Shown here piece after piece: positions 47,178 to 56,772 of a DNA stretch of 64,000 nt. Each line of letters starts with the position of its first letter. Position 1 is the first letter of the stretch. A program made the position numbers and the translations under genes. This stretch comes from Candidatus Hydrogenedentota bacterium (GTDB lineage: Bacteria; Hydrogenedentota; Hydrogenedentia; Hydrogenedentales; SLHB01), in contig DAIQLC010000025.1 of NCBI GenBank assembly GCA_036789645.1, forward strand, positions 1,424 to 65,423. The letters run 5' to 3'. Below the pieces are notes generated by a model, which was not told the origin of the DNA, searched no databases, and saw only the letters and a list, made by a program, of their open reading frames with translations.

Positions 47178-47225
47178 GGAAAGACTCCCGAAAATCTGGC
47201 CACCCGGTCAATTTCAAGAAAGAGC

Positions 47226-47364
47226 TTTTGACAGGATAACTACACCCGATAATCTTCTTCGTTAGCTCTGCGTATTGCATCGTCAGTGCCTTTTTCAGGC
47301 CGTGATCTACAGGATACCTCCATCACGCAGATCCAATCATGTCCATCCTGTTATCCTGTCAAAA
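47226..47364. repeat. Perfect 15-bp inverted repeat TTTTGACAGGATAAC (47226-47240) / GTTATCCTGTCAAAA (47350-47364) enclosing ~109 nt of lower-GC DNA between the TIM-barrel gene and sulfatase-like paralog 2
   Basis: Read directly from the sequence; the half-site contains TTGACA. Confidence 0.55.
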
Positions 47365-47381
47365 AGTCCTATGTTTTTCTC

Positions 47382-48725
47382 TCATCTTTTCTGGAGTTTC
47401 TGGGCGGTTTCGATGGAGCCGATCCGGCGGTCGAGGCCGATTTCGTGCAATTCGATGGGATTTCGCTTGCCGGTGGCGCGGCACCGTTTCCGGATCCACG
47501 CGTTCATACGGCTGCGCAGCGCCGCTACAATTTCCGGTTCCTGGTCCGCGAGATTGCGCAACTCCTGCGGATCCTCGACCAGGTTGTAGAGCTCCACCGG
47601 CGGTTTGCCATGAAAATCCGGTTCCAGCGACTCCCAGAACTTCCAGATGGGCGTCCGCCACCCGTGCTTGCGCATCCACGTGCACTCGGTGATGTAGAAC
47701 TCCGACCGCGGCGAGCCGCCGGTGTCCTTAACATAGCGTTTGAGCGAAACTCCGTCGAACTTGACGCCCCGGGCCAGGCGCTTCTGCCCCGTGATGTCCA
47801 GCAGCGTCGGCACGAAGTCCTCCTGAAGCGTCACCGCCTTGCTGCGCACGCCCGCCTCGATCACACCCGGCCAGTAAAAGACCAGCGGCACCACCAGCGT
47901 CGGCTCGTACAGCCCGTGATGATCGAACCAGCATTCGTGGTCGTACAGCGTCTCGCCATGATCGCCCGTGATGATGATCAGGGTGTTGTCCGCGACCCCC
48001 AGTTCCTCGGTGCGCGTCACGAGCCGCTGAATGCACGCATCCATATACGCCAACGCCCCGTCGTACTGGGCAATAACGAACTCCGCGTCCCGGATGCCCG
48101 GCGGCAGCCACGACAGCAGGTAGTCCGCGAACGGTTTGAACGCCCGGACGGCATTCATAGTATTCGGCAGTTTCCGGCTGCACGGATCCTTCGAATAGAA
48201 CAGCGAATCGTACGGCGGCGGGGGATAGTAGGGCGAGTGGGGGTCCATGTGCCGGAGATACAACAGCCACGGCTTGTTCGCCTGATGCAGCCGTTCCAGC
48301 TCGGGCAGAACAACCGCATTCAGGTTCTCCGCCTTGCGCGAGGGACGCTCCGCCCACGGCCCGCCCCAGCCTTCGTACTGCAGGTGCTTGTCAAAGCCCC
48401 GGTACCACTCGCCATGCCCCACCATGACCGACCGGTATCCCGCCGGCTTCAACAGCTCCGGCAATGTCGGCTGGTCGTCTGCCATGGGGCCCAAGGGCGT
48501 CAGGGCCACCTGCTGGTTGGCGACGATGTCCCGGCCGGTCAGCATGGTCACGTAGGCCGGCGTCGTGGGGATGTACGCGCTGAACGCGTTCTCAAACACC
48601 GTACCCCGCGCCGCGAGGCGGTCCATGTGCGGCGTGGTCAGCCTCGGATACCCGTAACAGCTCATGTGGTCGCGGCGAATGCTGTCAATCGCGAATATCA
48701 GCAGGTTCGGCGGACGTTTCGGCAT
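47382..48725 (-). CDS. Sulfatase-fold hydrolase/transferase, paralog 2 (same T-T-P-A-Y variant motif)
   Basis: MPKRPPNLLIFAIDSIRRDHMSCYGYPRLTTPHMDRLAARGTVFENAFSAYIPTTPAYVTMLTG... It is 447 aa, collinear with paralog 1, with roughly 70% amino-acid identity by eye, including the shared C-terminus ...IGSIETAQKLQKR versus ...IGSIATAKKLQNR. Confidence 0.75.
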   Translation of the reverse strand: MPKRPPNLLIFAIDSIRRDHMSCYGYPRLTTPHMDRLAARGTVFENAFSAYIPTTPAYVTMLTGRDIVANQQVALTPLGPMADDQPTLPELLKPAGYRSVMVGHGEWYRGFDKHLQYEGWGGPWAERPSRKAENLNAVVLPELERLHQANKPWLLYLRHMDPHSPYYPPPPYDSLFYSKDPCSRKLPNTMNAVRAFKPFADYLLSWLPPGIRDAEFVIAQYDGALAYMDACIQRLVTRTEELGVADNTLIIITGDHGETLYDHECWFDHHGLYEPTLVVPLVFYWPGVIEAGVRSKAVTLQEDFVPTLLDITGQKRLARGVKFDGVSLKRYVKDTGGSPRSEFYITECTWMRKHGWRTPIWKFWESLEPDFHGKPPVELYNLVEDPQELRNLADQEPEIVAALRSRMNAWIRKRCRATGKRNPIELHEIGLDRRIGSIETAQKLQKR

Positions 48726-48790
48726 TCCAGTTCCTTTCCAGGAGGTTGATCACTCAGAGAATCGGCGGAGCCGCCCTGCAGCCCGGCACC

Positions 48791-49798
48791 CTACCGCACA
48801 TCGACAATCTTGCCCTTTTCCCACGATTCGATGGCCGCTTCGATAACGAGTTGGGCCTTGAGGGCTTCTTCGCCGGACCCGTCGATCCTGGCCGGCGCCA
48901 CCTTTTTTGCGTTCTGTTCCAGCCAGACATGAATCCGGTCCGGGAACGTCTCGCCAAACCCCGTCATGCCGCCCAGGTGATGATACTGTTCGGTTTCGGT
49001 GGACTGCCGGCTGTAGAACGTCACTTCTTCACAGGCTTCCAGAATCACAAACCGGCCTTTGCTCCCCGTAACCTCGCAGCTTTCCAGGCCGAACCCGCCG
49101 CCCGCGTCGTAACTGCCGCACAGATGCCCCAGCACCCCATTCGCAAACAACATGTTCACCTGCAGGTTCGACCAGCAGACCCGCCGCTTGCCGTCAACCG
49201 TCTTCCCCCGTTTGAAAAACGCCTGGACGCGCTGGATGTCCCCGCAGAAATAGCGCATCACGTCGATCGAATGCGGATGCAGGGCCCGGATGTGGAAATG
49301 AGGCGAGGTTTCGTTCGGGTTGTTGATCCACATTCGCATGTTGATCATGTTCAGTTCCCCGAGACGGCCCTTCTCGATCCAGCCCCTGGCCAGACGCGCG
49401 GCCGGCGTAAACCGGTGGTTGAGGTTGATCCCGTACCGCAGACGTTTCTTCTTCGCGAGCGCCACCATCCGGCGCGCCCTGGCGACTTCGTTCGAAATGG
49501 GCTTCTCGCCAAGCACGGGAATGCCCCCATTCAGGAGATCCATCGTGGCCTGGTAGTGGTCGCCGCCGTTCTCTTTCCCCGCGGTGCACATGCTGGCGCA
49601 GTCAATCCTGATGCCGCTCTTCAGCATGGATTTCACGCTGTAAAACGCCGGACACCCATACTTCACCGCGGCCGCGTCGGCCCGCTCCCTGATGATGTCG
49701 CAGACCGCCACGATCTTCGCGAGCGGGTCCTTTACGTAGCATCCGGCATGCACATTGCCGATATTGCCCATCCCCACAACCGCCACGTTCAGTGCCAT
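48791..49798 (-). CDS. Gfo/Idh/MocA-family oxidoreductase
   Basis: MALNVAVVGMGNIGNVH Rossmann start and the EKP motif (LGEKPIS). It starts 65 nt upstream of sulfatase-like paralog 2 on the same strand. Confidence 0.85.
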   Translation of the reverse strand: MALNVAVVGMGNIGNVHAGCYVKDPLAKIVAVCDIIRERADAAAVKYGCPAFYSVKSMLKSGIRIDCASMCTAGKENGGDHYQATMDLLNGGIPVLGEKPISNEVARARRMVALAKKKRLRYGINLNHRFTPAARLARGWIEKGRLGELNMINMRMWINNPNETSPHFHIRALHPHSIDVMRYFCGDIQRVQAFFKRGKTVDGKRRVCWSNLQVNMLFANGVLGHLCGSYDAGGGFGLESCEVTGSKGRFVILEACEEVTFYSRQSTETEQYHHLGGMTGFGETFPDRIHVWLEQNAKKVAPARIDGSGEEALKAQLVIEAAIESWEKGKIVDVR

Positions 49799-50012
49799 TG
49801 CATTCGCCTCCCCAAACCGGTAGGTCCCGAAACATCCGGCGGCAATTCAACCATCTGGACCGGGCGTTGTCAAATTGCCCGGGCATGGTCTGCTTCGCGC
49901 CGCAGACAAGCCTTGAACATCCCGCAAACTCTGATATACTAAGTTCTTGAGAGAGCCGGGGGATGGCTGACGGCAGGAGGCGCGGGCCGGTGTTCACACT
50001 GGCGGAGGGAAT

Positions 50013-51860
50013 ATGAAGCGAGCCGCCAAGTGCATTCACAAGAAGCTCAACGAGATTATTGAGGGCACCCTGCAACAGGTGGACGCGGAGGCCTGCGAAC
50101 AGGAACTTCGCGCGCTCGTCGAGAGCGTCGCCCTCACTCAGGCCGGCGAACCGATGCCCGCCGAACTGCCGCTGCGCGCCCGGTTCGAGCAGGACGACGC
50201 CTTCGTCCGGACCTTGTGCGCAGTGCAGGCCGCCATCATCGAAGCGCTTCGCCCCGAATTGAGCGAGGACGCGCTGCGGGAGACGGTTCTGTCCGTCCGC
50301 GACGCCTTTCGCGGCATCACGCCCGGCCTGCCCGTCATGGAGGCCTGCCGCGGACTGCGCACGCTTCTCGAGGGAGGCCCGGGCGAAAACCCGGACGACA
50401 CATGCGTGCTGATGTGGCGCCTGCTCGAAGGCGTCCTCACCAACACCAACGATATGATCTACGCCCACGATGCCAACGGCGTCCTGTTCTTCATCAATGC
50501 CTCCGGTCTGGAAATGCTCAAATACACCCCCGCCGAAATGCGGCCCGGCCTGTCCATCTATCAATTCGTCGTGCCCGATTACGTTGACCTCGTCGAGGCG
50601 CGTCTCGAATCCCCCGGCGCGACCATCCGGTCTCCCTATTCCATCGAGGTCTACGCCCGCGACGGCTCCCGCATTCCGTTTGAAATCGATACCCACCCCC
50701 TCTTTGACGACAACGGCGACATGATTGCCGTGGTCGGCGTCGCCCGTAGCCTGGTCCTGGAACGCCGCCTCCAGGAAGCCATCTCGCGGGCCAACATGAA
50801 TCTCGAGAACCTGTTCGAAATCCTGCCCATCGGGGTGCTCCTGGCCAACCCGGACGGGTGCATCACCAACGCCAACCAGATGGCGGCCAGCCTGCTCGGC
50901 GCGCGTGACCCCAACGCCGTGATCGGCAGCTCCGCCATTGACCTGTGGGGCGGGGAAGACTCCGAGGCCGCGGAGGCCCTCCGCGAGGCCCTGGCAAAAG
51001 GCCGTGAGCTGCACCAGCGGTTCATCGGCAAGACCAGCCATGGCACTCCGCTGAAATGCGATATCCTTGCCCAGCCGCTCGGCGAAGGCGCCAAAGCCCA
51101 GGGACAACTGATCCTCATCATCGACATCTCGGAACAGCTCGAGCTGCAGCGCAGCCTGCTGCAGTCCGAAAAACTCTACACCCTCGGCGAACTGGTTGCC
51201 GGCGTCGCCCACGAATTGAACAACCCCCTGACCAGCATCATCGGCCGCGCCGAACTCCTCATGCGGGGCAGTCTCGAATCCGACACGCGCGACCGTCTGG
51301 CCCAGATCACCGAAGACGCCGAACGCTGCAAACGGATTGTCGAAAACCTGCTCTCGTTCGGCAGCCAGCACGAAGCCCGGAAAGCACTGCACGACATCAA
51401 CCAGGTCCTCGTCGATACGCTCCAGCTTCGGGAATACCAGATGCGCATCAGCGGCATCGCCATCGAAACCGAGTTCGATGACGCCATCCCCCCGCTGCTG
51501 GTGAATCTCAGCGAAATGCGGCGGGTTTTCTTCTATCTCATCAACAACGCCCACCAGGCGCTGGAATCGGTCCGGGGCCGTCCCCGCAAGCTCCGAATCA
51601 CCACCGCCCTCGTCGATGACACCGCCCAAGTCCGCTTCGAAGACAACGGACACGGCATCCCCGCCGAGATTCAGTCCAGAGTCTTTGACCCGTTTTTCAC
51701 CACCCGAAAAGTCGGCGAGGCCACCGGACTCGGCCTGAGCGTGTCCTACGGCATCGTCAATGAACACGGCGGCAACATCCATATGGAATCCGAAGAGGGC
51801 AAAGGCGCCACGTTTACCGTGGTCCTGCCCTTGCCGGACGAGCCCGGGCCAGACGCCTGA
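50013..51860 (+). CDS. Cytoplasmic sensor histidine kinase with two PAS-like domains, HisKA and HATPase_c
   Basis: H-box LVAGVAHELNNPLTSI, N-box LINNAHQAL, G1 FEDNGHGIP and G2 GLGLSVSYGIV. The PAS regions precede a coiled-coil linker. Confidence 0.85.
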   Translation: MKRAAKCIHKKLNEIIEGTLQQVDAEACEQELRALVESVALTQAGEPMPAELPLRARFEQDDAFVRTLCAVQAAIIEALRPELSEDALRETVLSVRDAFRGITPGLPVMEACRGLRTLLEGGPGENPDDTCVLMWRLLEGVLTNTNDMIYAHDANGVLFFINASGLEMLKYTPAEMRPGLSIYQFVVPDYVDLVEARLESPGATIRSPYSIEVYARDGSRIPFEIDTHPLFDDNGDMIAVVGVARSLVLERRLQEAISRANMNLENLFEILPIGVLLANPDGCITNANQMAASLLGARDPNAVIGSSAIDLWGGEDSEAAEALREALAKGRELHQRFIGKTSHGTPLKCDILAQPLGEGAKAQGQLILIIDISEQLELQRSLLQSEKLYTLGELVAGVAHELNNPLTSIIGRAELLMRGSLESDTRDRLAQITEDAERCKRIVENLLSFGSQHEARKALHDINQVLVDTLQLREYQMRISGIAIETEFDDAIPPLLVNLSEMRRVFFYLINNAHQALESVRGRPRKLRITTALVDDTAQVRFEDNGHGIPAEIQSRVFDPFFTTRKVGEATGLGLSVSYGIVNEHGGNIHMESEEGKGATFTVVLPLPDEPGPDA

Positions 51861-51896
51861 CATGCCGCGTCCAGCCACCGCCTTAGCCCGCACAAC

Positions 51897-53291
51897 GTGA
51901 GGTCTGCCATGAACACGCCCCGTCTGCTCCGCCTGCTCTGTGTCTGCACCCTGGCCGCGGCCCAACCGGCCGTATCCCTGGAGGCGGAGGACGCCGCGGC
52001 GCCCGCGGCCTGTCCCAACGTGCCGCTCCAGCAGCTCATCGACGCCCACCCGGGCGAAATCATTTTCATTCCCGCCGGTTATTACAGCATCTCCGAGGCC
52101 CTGCGCGTCCAGGCAAACGGCACCGGTCTCTGGGGCCCCGGCACCATTGTTCAAACCGACGACGACCAGGACATCCTGTCGATCGACGGCGTCTCCGGCG
52201 TACGCATCGAAGGCATCACCCTCACCCGGGCCGAAGGGCGCCAGGAAAGCTCGCGCCACGCCCTCGCCGCCCGCAACTGCCGCGACATCGAAATCCGAAA
52301 CGTCCGCGTCATCAACAATCACAGTTCCGCGGGAACGGTCTATCTCGAGAACTGCCGCGACGCCGTCGTCTCCGGCTGCACGGTCCGCAACTACAAGCGC
52401 ATTGGCGTCGACGACCGCACCGCCAGCGAACTGTACGGCTACGCGTTCCGCGTGATCGACGGTACGGGCATTCTCGTGAATGCCGGCAGAAATATTGGCA
52501 TACACGCCAACCGGGTGATCGAAGACCGCCTCTTTCCCACGGCCGAGACAAAGGAGGAACACCAACTGGGGTTTCTTACCGACGGCAAGCTGCCAACGAG
52601 GAAAGGCCGCCTCGCCCCGCCCGGCGACTACGCCAACAACTGGCACCAGGGCAGCGCCATCGTTGTGACCTCCCCCGAGGAATCCAGCCACGTCACCGTT
52701 TCAAACAATCAGATCCAGAACGCCGCCCAGGGCATTGATCTCCACGCCGATCACGTCACCTGCACCGCCAACGACATCGACCACGCCTTCATCGGGATCA
52801 AGTGCATGCACGGGTCGCGAAACGTCATCATCGCCAACAACAACATCTCGCACATGGACCTGTGGGGCATCATCATGATGCCCGGAACCGCGTCGCATCC
52901 CGCCGAACCCGCCACGGACGCCCACCCCGCGCGCGGCGCCAATTTCACCCGCGGAAATATCATCGCCAACAACATCTTCTCCGATTTTGGATACGGATAC
53001 GAGCATTTCAACTGGAAAGACTCGGTCAGCGGCGTCATCAGCCTCGAATCGGGACAGCTCCCCGAGAACCCCGTCATGACCGACGTCATCATTCAGGGGA
53101 ACATCGTCTACGACACCGCCGGGGAAGGAGAACTCCGCGACGGCCAGGTCGTCCCCGAACCGCCCCGCTATGAGTACGCGGTCTTTATCTCTGACACTCC
53201 CCGCCCGGAACGGCTCACCTTTATCGGCAACATGTTCCCGCCCGGCTCCCGGGGCATCTCCAACATCCCCCTCGAAGAGTTCCGGGAATAG
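51897..53291 (+). CDS. Secreted right-handed parallel beta-helix repeat protein (pectate-lyase fold; possible glycanase or lyase)
   Basis: Signal peptide. Periodic beta-helix rungs rich in N/I/G (NVRVINNHS, IIANNNISH, GNIIANNIF, IIQGNIVYD). Confidence 0.6.
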   Translation: MRSAMNTPRLLRLLCVCTLAAAQPAVSLEAEDAAAPAACPNVPLQQLIDAHPGEIIFIPAGYYSISEALRVQANGTGLWGPGTIVQTDDDQDILSIDGVSGVRIEGITLTRAEGRQESSRHALAARNCRDIEIRNVRVINNHSSAGTVYLENCRDAVVSGCTVRNYKRIGVDDRTASELYGYAFRVIDGTGILVNAGRNIGIHANRVIEDRLFPTAETKEEHQLGFLTDGKLPTRKGRLAPPGDYANNWHQGSAIVVTSPEESSHVTVSNNQIQNAAQGIDLHADHVTCTANDIDHAFIGIKCMHGSRNVIIANNNISHMDLWGIIMMPGTASHPAEPATDAHPARGANFTRGNIIANNIFSDFGYGYEHFNWKDSVSGVISLESGQLPENPVMTDVIIQGNIVYDTAGEGELRDGQVVPEPPRYEYAVFISDTPRPERLTFIGNMFPPGSRGISNIPLEEFRE

Positions 53292-53426
53292 CCCCCGCGG
53301 ACGATACAAGAGAGTCGACCGGAGATAACGGCGAAGAACGGGAACATGTCCCAAGCGCCGTCCCCGGCGCGCCTGCGTGTCCCCGTTCAAGCGCGTGTGA
53401 TTGGGTTCATCCCGGGGTTTCCTCCG

Positions 53427-54911
53427 CTATTCCGGTTCCCCGACGAGGTTCAGGAGTGCCAGAGCCGGGCAGGCTCCGCATTTCGGATTGAACCGGCACC
53501 AGTCCGTATACAGCTGGAGCAACCCCTGCTGCATTTGAAACGTGTACCGTGGGGGAGGGGTGTCGCCAAACAGCCGGGACCCCATCGTCCTGACCACATG
53601 GTTCTCCATTTCTTTCGGAAGCGATGTAAAAAAATCGAACACGTGCGTCTCGAGCACAGGGTTGTGGTCGCGGCGCGCCCTGGCCAGCGCCGCCGGCACG
53701 AACACGTTGCCGATGATGGCATGCACCCGGTCGCGTCCGATCATCGCCGCTGGTTTCGCCAGGGGCTTGCCTGTCCAGGTGCACCGCTCGGCCCAGAACC
53801 CGATCGCCGAAGGAAACAAGGCCTCGAAAACCCGGCGCCGGGCAACCGGCCCGGCCTCGTCCTGCCAGACCGCGTCCAGGGCGGCCGACAACCCCGGTTT
53901 CGCCGTGCGGCCCAGAAACCGTGCCGCTCCCGCCAGGCGGCGTTCCGGATAGTTGTTCGGCCGTACCCCGTTCCGGTCCCAACGCATCGGCAGACGGCGC
54001 AGTCCCCGCAACCGCTGCTTCCGCAGCGCCTGCAAGCGCCGGAAATGCGGTACGTCGCCGTTCCCCTCCGGCAGCGTCTCCGGCAACAGCCCCGCCAGTT
54101 GAAGAAACGCCGCCTCGACCAGAAACGGGTCCTGCGTACCCAGCTGGCGGACCCGTTCGTAATGCAACTGCTGCGCCAGCGCGCGAAACTGGTGTTTGTA
54201 CGGCCCGTAGCCGCAGGCCGCCATCACCGCCTCGTACACGGCCTGATCGTCGCCCACGCGTTCCATCCGCTCGGCCAGGTCCCGGGCTTTGGCCAGCATC
54301 CGCCACTCGCCTGCAAGCCGCAACAACCGCACCATCGGTTCCACACCGTGCACCGCTGTCAACCGGGCGCATTCCCCATACGACGCCGGAACGCGATAGG
54401 GATAGTCCCGCGCGCGGATCCGCTCCGCGAGCACCTCGATATCGTCATCCAGCGCGGACTCCAGGGGAAGATAGGGGATAAGCCGCCCATCCGACGTCGC
54501 ATTGGGGGAGTGAGGACCGGAACCGTTCCCAATCACTTCCAGCACCACCCGATCATACCGCGGATCCTGATGGTGGCCGTGCTGGCGCCACGCCCCGAGA
54601 TCCTGGTGGACCTCGACGTCGCCCGCCATATGGCGCCCGCCGATCTCCAGTTGCGCGTCGCGGAAATCCGGGCCTTCGTTCTGATTCCACCACCCGGGAA
54701 AGATGACCCGCAGACTCCGCCCATCGGGCAGTACAAGGCCCTCGGTCCGCAACAGCTGCTCGTACCAGATCCCCTGCAGAACCGCCTCCGGCACCGGTCC
54801 ACCGCCTTCCGCCACCCACATGCCGCGTGCGGCCATGCCTCGCAGCCGCTCATATTCCCGCGAGAAACCCCGGCCGCTTTCCGGCGCCTTCCGGTACCCG
54901 CCTCCCTGCAC
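53427..54911 (-). CDS. DUF2851-family protein
   Basis: The overall pattern (GIWYEQ..., central Pro/Arg-rich helices, C-terminal Cys pair CRFNPKCGACP) matches my recollection of DUF2851 proteins (~420 aa). The start is uncertain; an internal Met near 54830 is likely. Confidence 0.5.
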   Translation of the reverse strand: MQGGGYRKAPESGRGFSREYERLRGMAARGMWVAEGGGPVPEAVLQGIWYEQLLRTEGLVLPDGRSLRVIFPGWWNQNEGPDFRDAQLEIGGRHMAGDVEVHQDLGAWRQHGHHQDPRYDRVVLEVIGNGSGPHSPNATSDGRLIPYLPLESALDDDIEVLAERIRARDYPYRVPASYGECARLTAVHGVEPMVRLLRLAGEWRMLAKARDLAERMERVGDDQAVYEAVMAACGYGPYKHQFRALAQQLHYERVRQLGTQDPFLVEAAFLQLAGLLPETLPEGNGDVPHFRRLQALRKQRLRGLRRLPMRWDRNGVRPNNYPERRLAGAARFLGRTAKPGLSAALDAVWQDEAGPVARRRVFEALFPSAIGFWAERCTWTGKPLAKPAAMIGRDRVHAIIGNVFVPAALARARRDHNPVLETHVFDFFTSLPKEMENHVVRTMGSRLFGDTPPPRYTFQMQQGLLQLYTDWCRFNPKCGACPALALLNLVGEPE

Positions 54912-55078
54912 CGTCTCTCCTCCGTCCAGAACACCTGCCCGAAACCTCGAACACCTCCCCCCATAAGCACTTTATCCCAAATGGTTGTGATTTTCTACCC
55001 CCGGGCGGGCGATACCTGACAAATCCGCCTTTTCCGGGTAAAATCATGGTGTCAGCGGTTGGGGCGGAGGGTCCAGGC

Positions 55079-55618
55079 ATGCCTCAGCGACTCAACAGGA
55101 TATTCGAGACCCCCGGGGCAACCGCTCATGCCGCATATCTCCTTGTGTTCGCGCTCGTGTGCGCGCTCCCGCTTCTGCTGCTGCCCCTGGTCGCCATGGC
55201 CCTCCCGCTGACACGCCCGGCCCTGTGGACCGCCCTCGCGTGCCCGCTCATGCTGCTTTTCGCCGCGGTTCTCGTCTATGGTCCAGTCCGCCACCGCATC
55301 CGCCGCCTCCTCAACCATTGCGACGAGCGGGCCGTCCTTCGTTCGCCCTGCCTGGTGCTGACCGGGCTGATTGAACAGCCCGGCGTCGCCCAGGTGGTTA
55401 CCGATCGGCTCATTCTCGTGCCCCTTTTTGGCCGCCCGATCGACATTCCCCTGAAGGACATCGAGTCCGTTACCACGTCGCACTGGTTCAACGGCGCGCT
55501 CTTTCAAGCCCTGACCGGCTTTGTGGTTGATTGCCCCCGGAGCGGCCGGAAACCCTTTGGATTTGCCGTGCCCGACGGCGACACCTGGCGCGCTATCCTG
55601 CCCCGCATCATCGCCTAG
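55079..55618 (+). CDS. Hypothetical membrane protein (two N-terminal TM helices plus a ~90-aa soluble domain)
   Basis: ORF with GGAGG about 10 nt upstream and hydrophobic segments AAYLLVFALVCALPLLLLPLVAMALPL and LACPLMLLFAAVLVYG. No recognised family. Confidence 0.4.
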   Translation: MPQRLNRIFETPGATAHAAYLLVFALVCALPLLLLPLVAMALPLTRPALWTALACPLMLLFAAVLVYGPVRHRIRRLLNHCDERAVLRSPCLVLTGLIEQPGVAQVVTDRLILVPLFGRPIDIPLKDIESVTTSHWFNGALFQALTGFVVDCPRSGRKPFGFAVPDGDTWRAILPRIIA

Positions 55619-55721
55619 GCAGCCTGTTCACATTCCGAGTTCCGCGACGCTCCCGCTACCTATCCGCGCCCTGAACTGGTACTATGGCGGCCCGGATACA
55701 CGCCAGGGAGAAACAAACACG

Positions 55722-56702
55722 ATGAAATACGTCGCTTTCGGCAATACGGGCATTCGGGTATCGCCCGTGTGCCTCGGCACCATGACCTTTGGAAAAGAGG
55801 CCGATGAGCCCACATCACGCGCCCTGATGGACCGCGCCTTCGACGCCGGCATCAACTTCTTCGACACCGCCAACATCTACAACAAGGGGCTCACCGAAGA
55901 AATCGTCGGGAGATGGCTCCCGTCCCGCCGCGACGCCATCGTCCTCGCCTCAAAAGTCCATTTTCCCACCGGCGCGGGCCCGAACGACCGCGGCAGCTCC
56001 CGCCGGCACATCCTGCGGGAGGTCGACAAAAGCCTCAAACGCCTCCAGACCGACTGGCTCGACATCCTCTACCTCCACCATTGGGATACCGAGACGCCCA
56101 TCGAAGAGACCCTCTCCGCTCTGACCACTCTGGTCGAGAACGGGAAAGTTCATTACTGCGGCGTGTCCAATTTCGCCGCATGGCAGACCATGAAAGCCAT
56201 TGCGGCCGCCCGGGCGGGGAGATGGGCCCCCATTGCCTGCATCCAGCCCATGTACAATCTCGTGAAACGCCAGGCCGAAGTCGAGATCCTGCCGATGGCC
56301 GCGTCTCAACACCTGGCCGTATGCCCGTACAATCCCCTCGCCGCGGGCCTGCTCACCGGGAAATACCGCCGCGGCGAGACCGGCCGGCTCGACGAAAACC
56401 CGATGTATAAGGACCGCTACGCCGACCCCGTCTACGCGGAGGTCGCAGCACGCTTCGTGGACCACGCCCTCACACAGGGACAGTCCCCGGCCGCGCTGGC
56501 CGTGGCCTGGGTCATCGCCCACCCGGCCGTTACCTCCGCCATCATTGGCGCGCGCAGCCTCGAACAGCTCAACGACACCCTCGGATGCCTCGATATCGCG
56601 CTGGACCCCGACCGGCGCGCCGAGATTTCCGCGCTCTCCATCGAACCGCCTCCCGCAACCGACCGGACCGAAGAGCGCCAGGCGGCGCAGGGAACACCAT
56701 GA
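55722..56702 (+). CDS. Aldo/keto reductase family oxidoreductase
   Basis: AKR N-terminus MKYVAFGNTGIRVSPVCLGTMTFG, INFFDTANIY, catalytic Y/K/H positions, IQPMYNL and a C-terminal GARS..QL segment. Confidence 0.85.
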   Translation: MKYVAFGNTGIRVSPVCLGTMTFGKEADEPTSRALMDRAFDAGINFFDTANIYNKGLTEEIVGRWLPSRRDAIVLASKVHFPTGAGPNDRGSSRRHILREVDKSLKRLQTDWLDILYLHHWDTETPIEETLSALTTLVENGKVHYCGVSNFAAWQTMKAIAAARAGRWAPIACIQPMYNLVKRQAEVEILPMAASQHLAVCPYNPLAAGLLTGKYRRGETGRLDENPMYKDRYADPVYAEVAARFVDHALTQGQSPAALAVAWVIAHPAVTSAIIGARSLEQLNDTLGCLDIALDPDRRAEISALSIEPPPATDRTEERQAAQGTP

Positions 56703-56772
56703 TCAACCCGCCGGCAACGGGCCATACTGCCGTACACAAGGCCTCCCGCCCGCGGAGGAATGAGGATCCGCC

